A stretch of 64,000 bases of DNA, taken from Clostridiaceae bacterium. GTDB lineage: Bacteria; Bacillota; Clostridia; DSM-8532. The DNA lies in the NCBI GenBank assembly GCA_012520615.1, contig JAAYNX010000054.1, positions 245 through 64,244 of the forward strand, read 5' to 3'. A model generated the notes under the pieces. It saw nothing but the letters and a program-made list of their open reading frames with translations, was not told the DNA's origin and ran no database searches. Position numbers and translations under genes: made by a program. Positions 63,826 to 64,000 of the stretch are shown piece after piece. Positions within the stretch are counted from its first letter, which is position 1. Every line of letters begins with the position of its first letter.

Positions 63826-64000
63826 CTACCCGGCTTTAGATATAGATTCCATAAGATTCTCGTAAGCCTTGCGAATTCCGGTGTCCGCATCATCGTTAAG
63901 TTTTCTTTCACCAATAATTAGTCCTGTATATTTATCATTTTTCATAATGAAATAACCGTAGCCGTCATTTGTTGGAATAAGTTCTATTTCTACCGTTTTA
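63826..64000 (-). CDS. C-terminal 58 codons of an unidentified protein (gene starts outside the window)
   Basis: Not in the ORF track. My minus-strand translation is ...KTVEIELIPTNDGYGYFIMKNDKYTGLIIGERKLNDDADTGIRKAYENLMESISKAG, ending at TAG (63828-63826). No family recognised. Confidence 0.4.
   Translation of the reverse strand, partial: KTVEIELIPTNDGYGYFIMKNDKYTGLIIGERKLNDDADTGIRKAYENLMESISKAG

Overview
This 64-kb window reads like the chromosome of a low-GC, anaerobic Firmicute of the class Clostridia. Supporting features are a T-box leader, RNase J, MurT/GatD, a type-A RNase P RNA and a bifurcating-type [FeFe]-hydrogenase operon. No organism can be named from the sequence alone. About two thirds is housekeeping: nusA(partial)-rimP, tmcAL, pheST behind a Phe T-box, metA, rnpB, comEA, a D-Ala-D-Ala carboxypeptidase, rnj, cca, fba, coaE-polA, murT-gatD, a PFK, chrA, nagA, asnS, an AEC permease and the hydrogenase operon. 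Three parts are not ordinary. (1) A visibly GC-richer two-gene block (11.0-21.1 kb) holds a ~12-TM LuxR-type regulator convergent with a 2,792-aa membrane-anchored FN3/Ig protein, whose ~1,100-aa beta-rich C-terminal region I cannot assign. (2) An ~18-kb catabolic island (32.3-50.7 kb) carries a LacI-family regulator. It mixes a NitT/TauT-type ABC importer with an asymmetric ATPase pair, two Zn-dehydrogenases, two extra class II aldolases, a TIM paralogue, a LarA-type (nickel-pincer) enzyme, a NagA-like amidohydrolase, an FGGY kinase and a HemL-like aminotransferase. I cannot map this combination to a described pathway. (3) A family of structured intergenic repeat modules (called X and Y here) occurs at 6.8, 12.7 and 31.9-32.3 kb, with one copy inserted in the pheST leader. 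I saw no CRISPR array, tRNA or rRNA gene, transposase, integrase, phage gene or recognisable defence system. All novelty statements need database searches that I cannot run.
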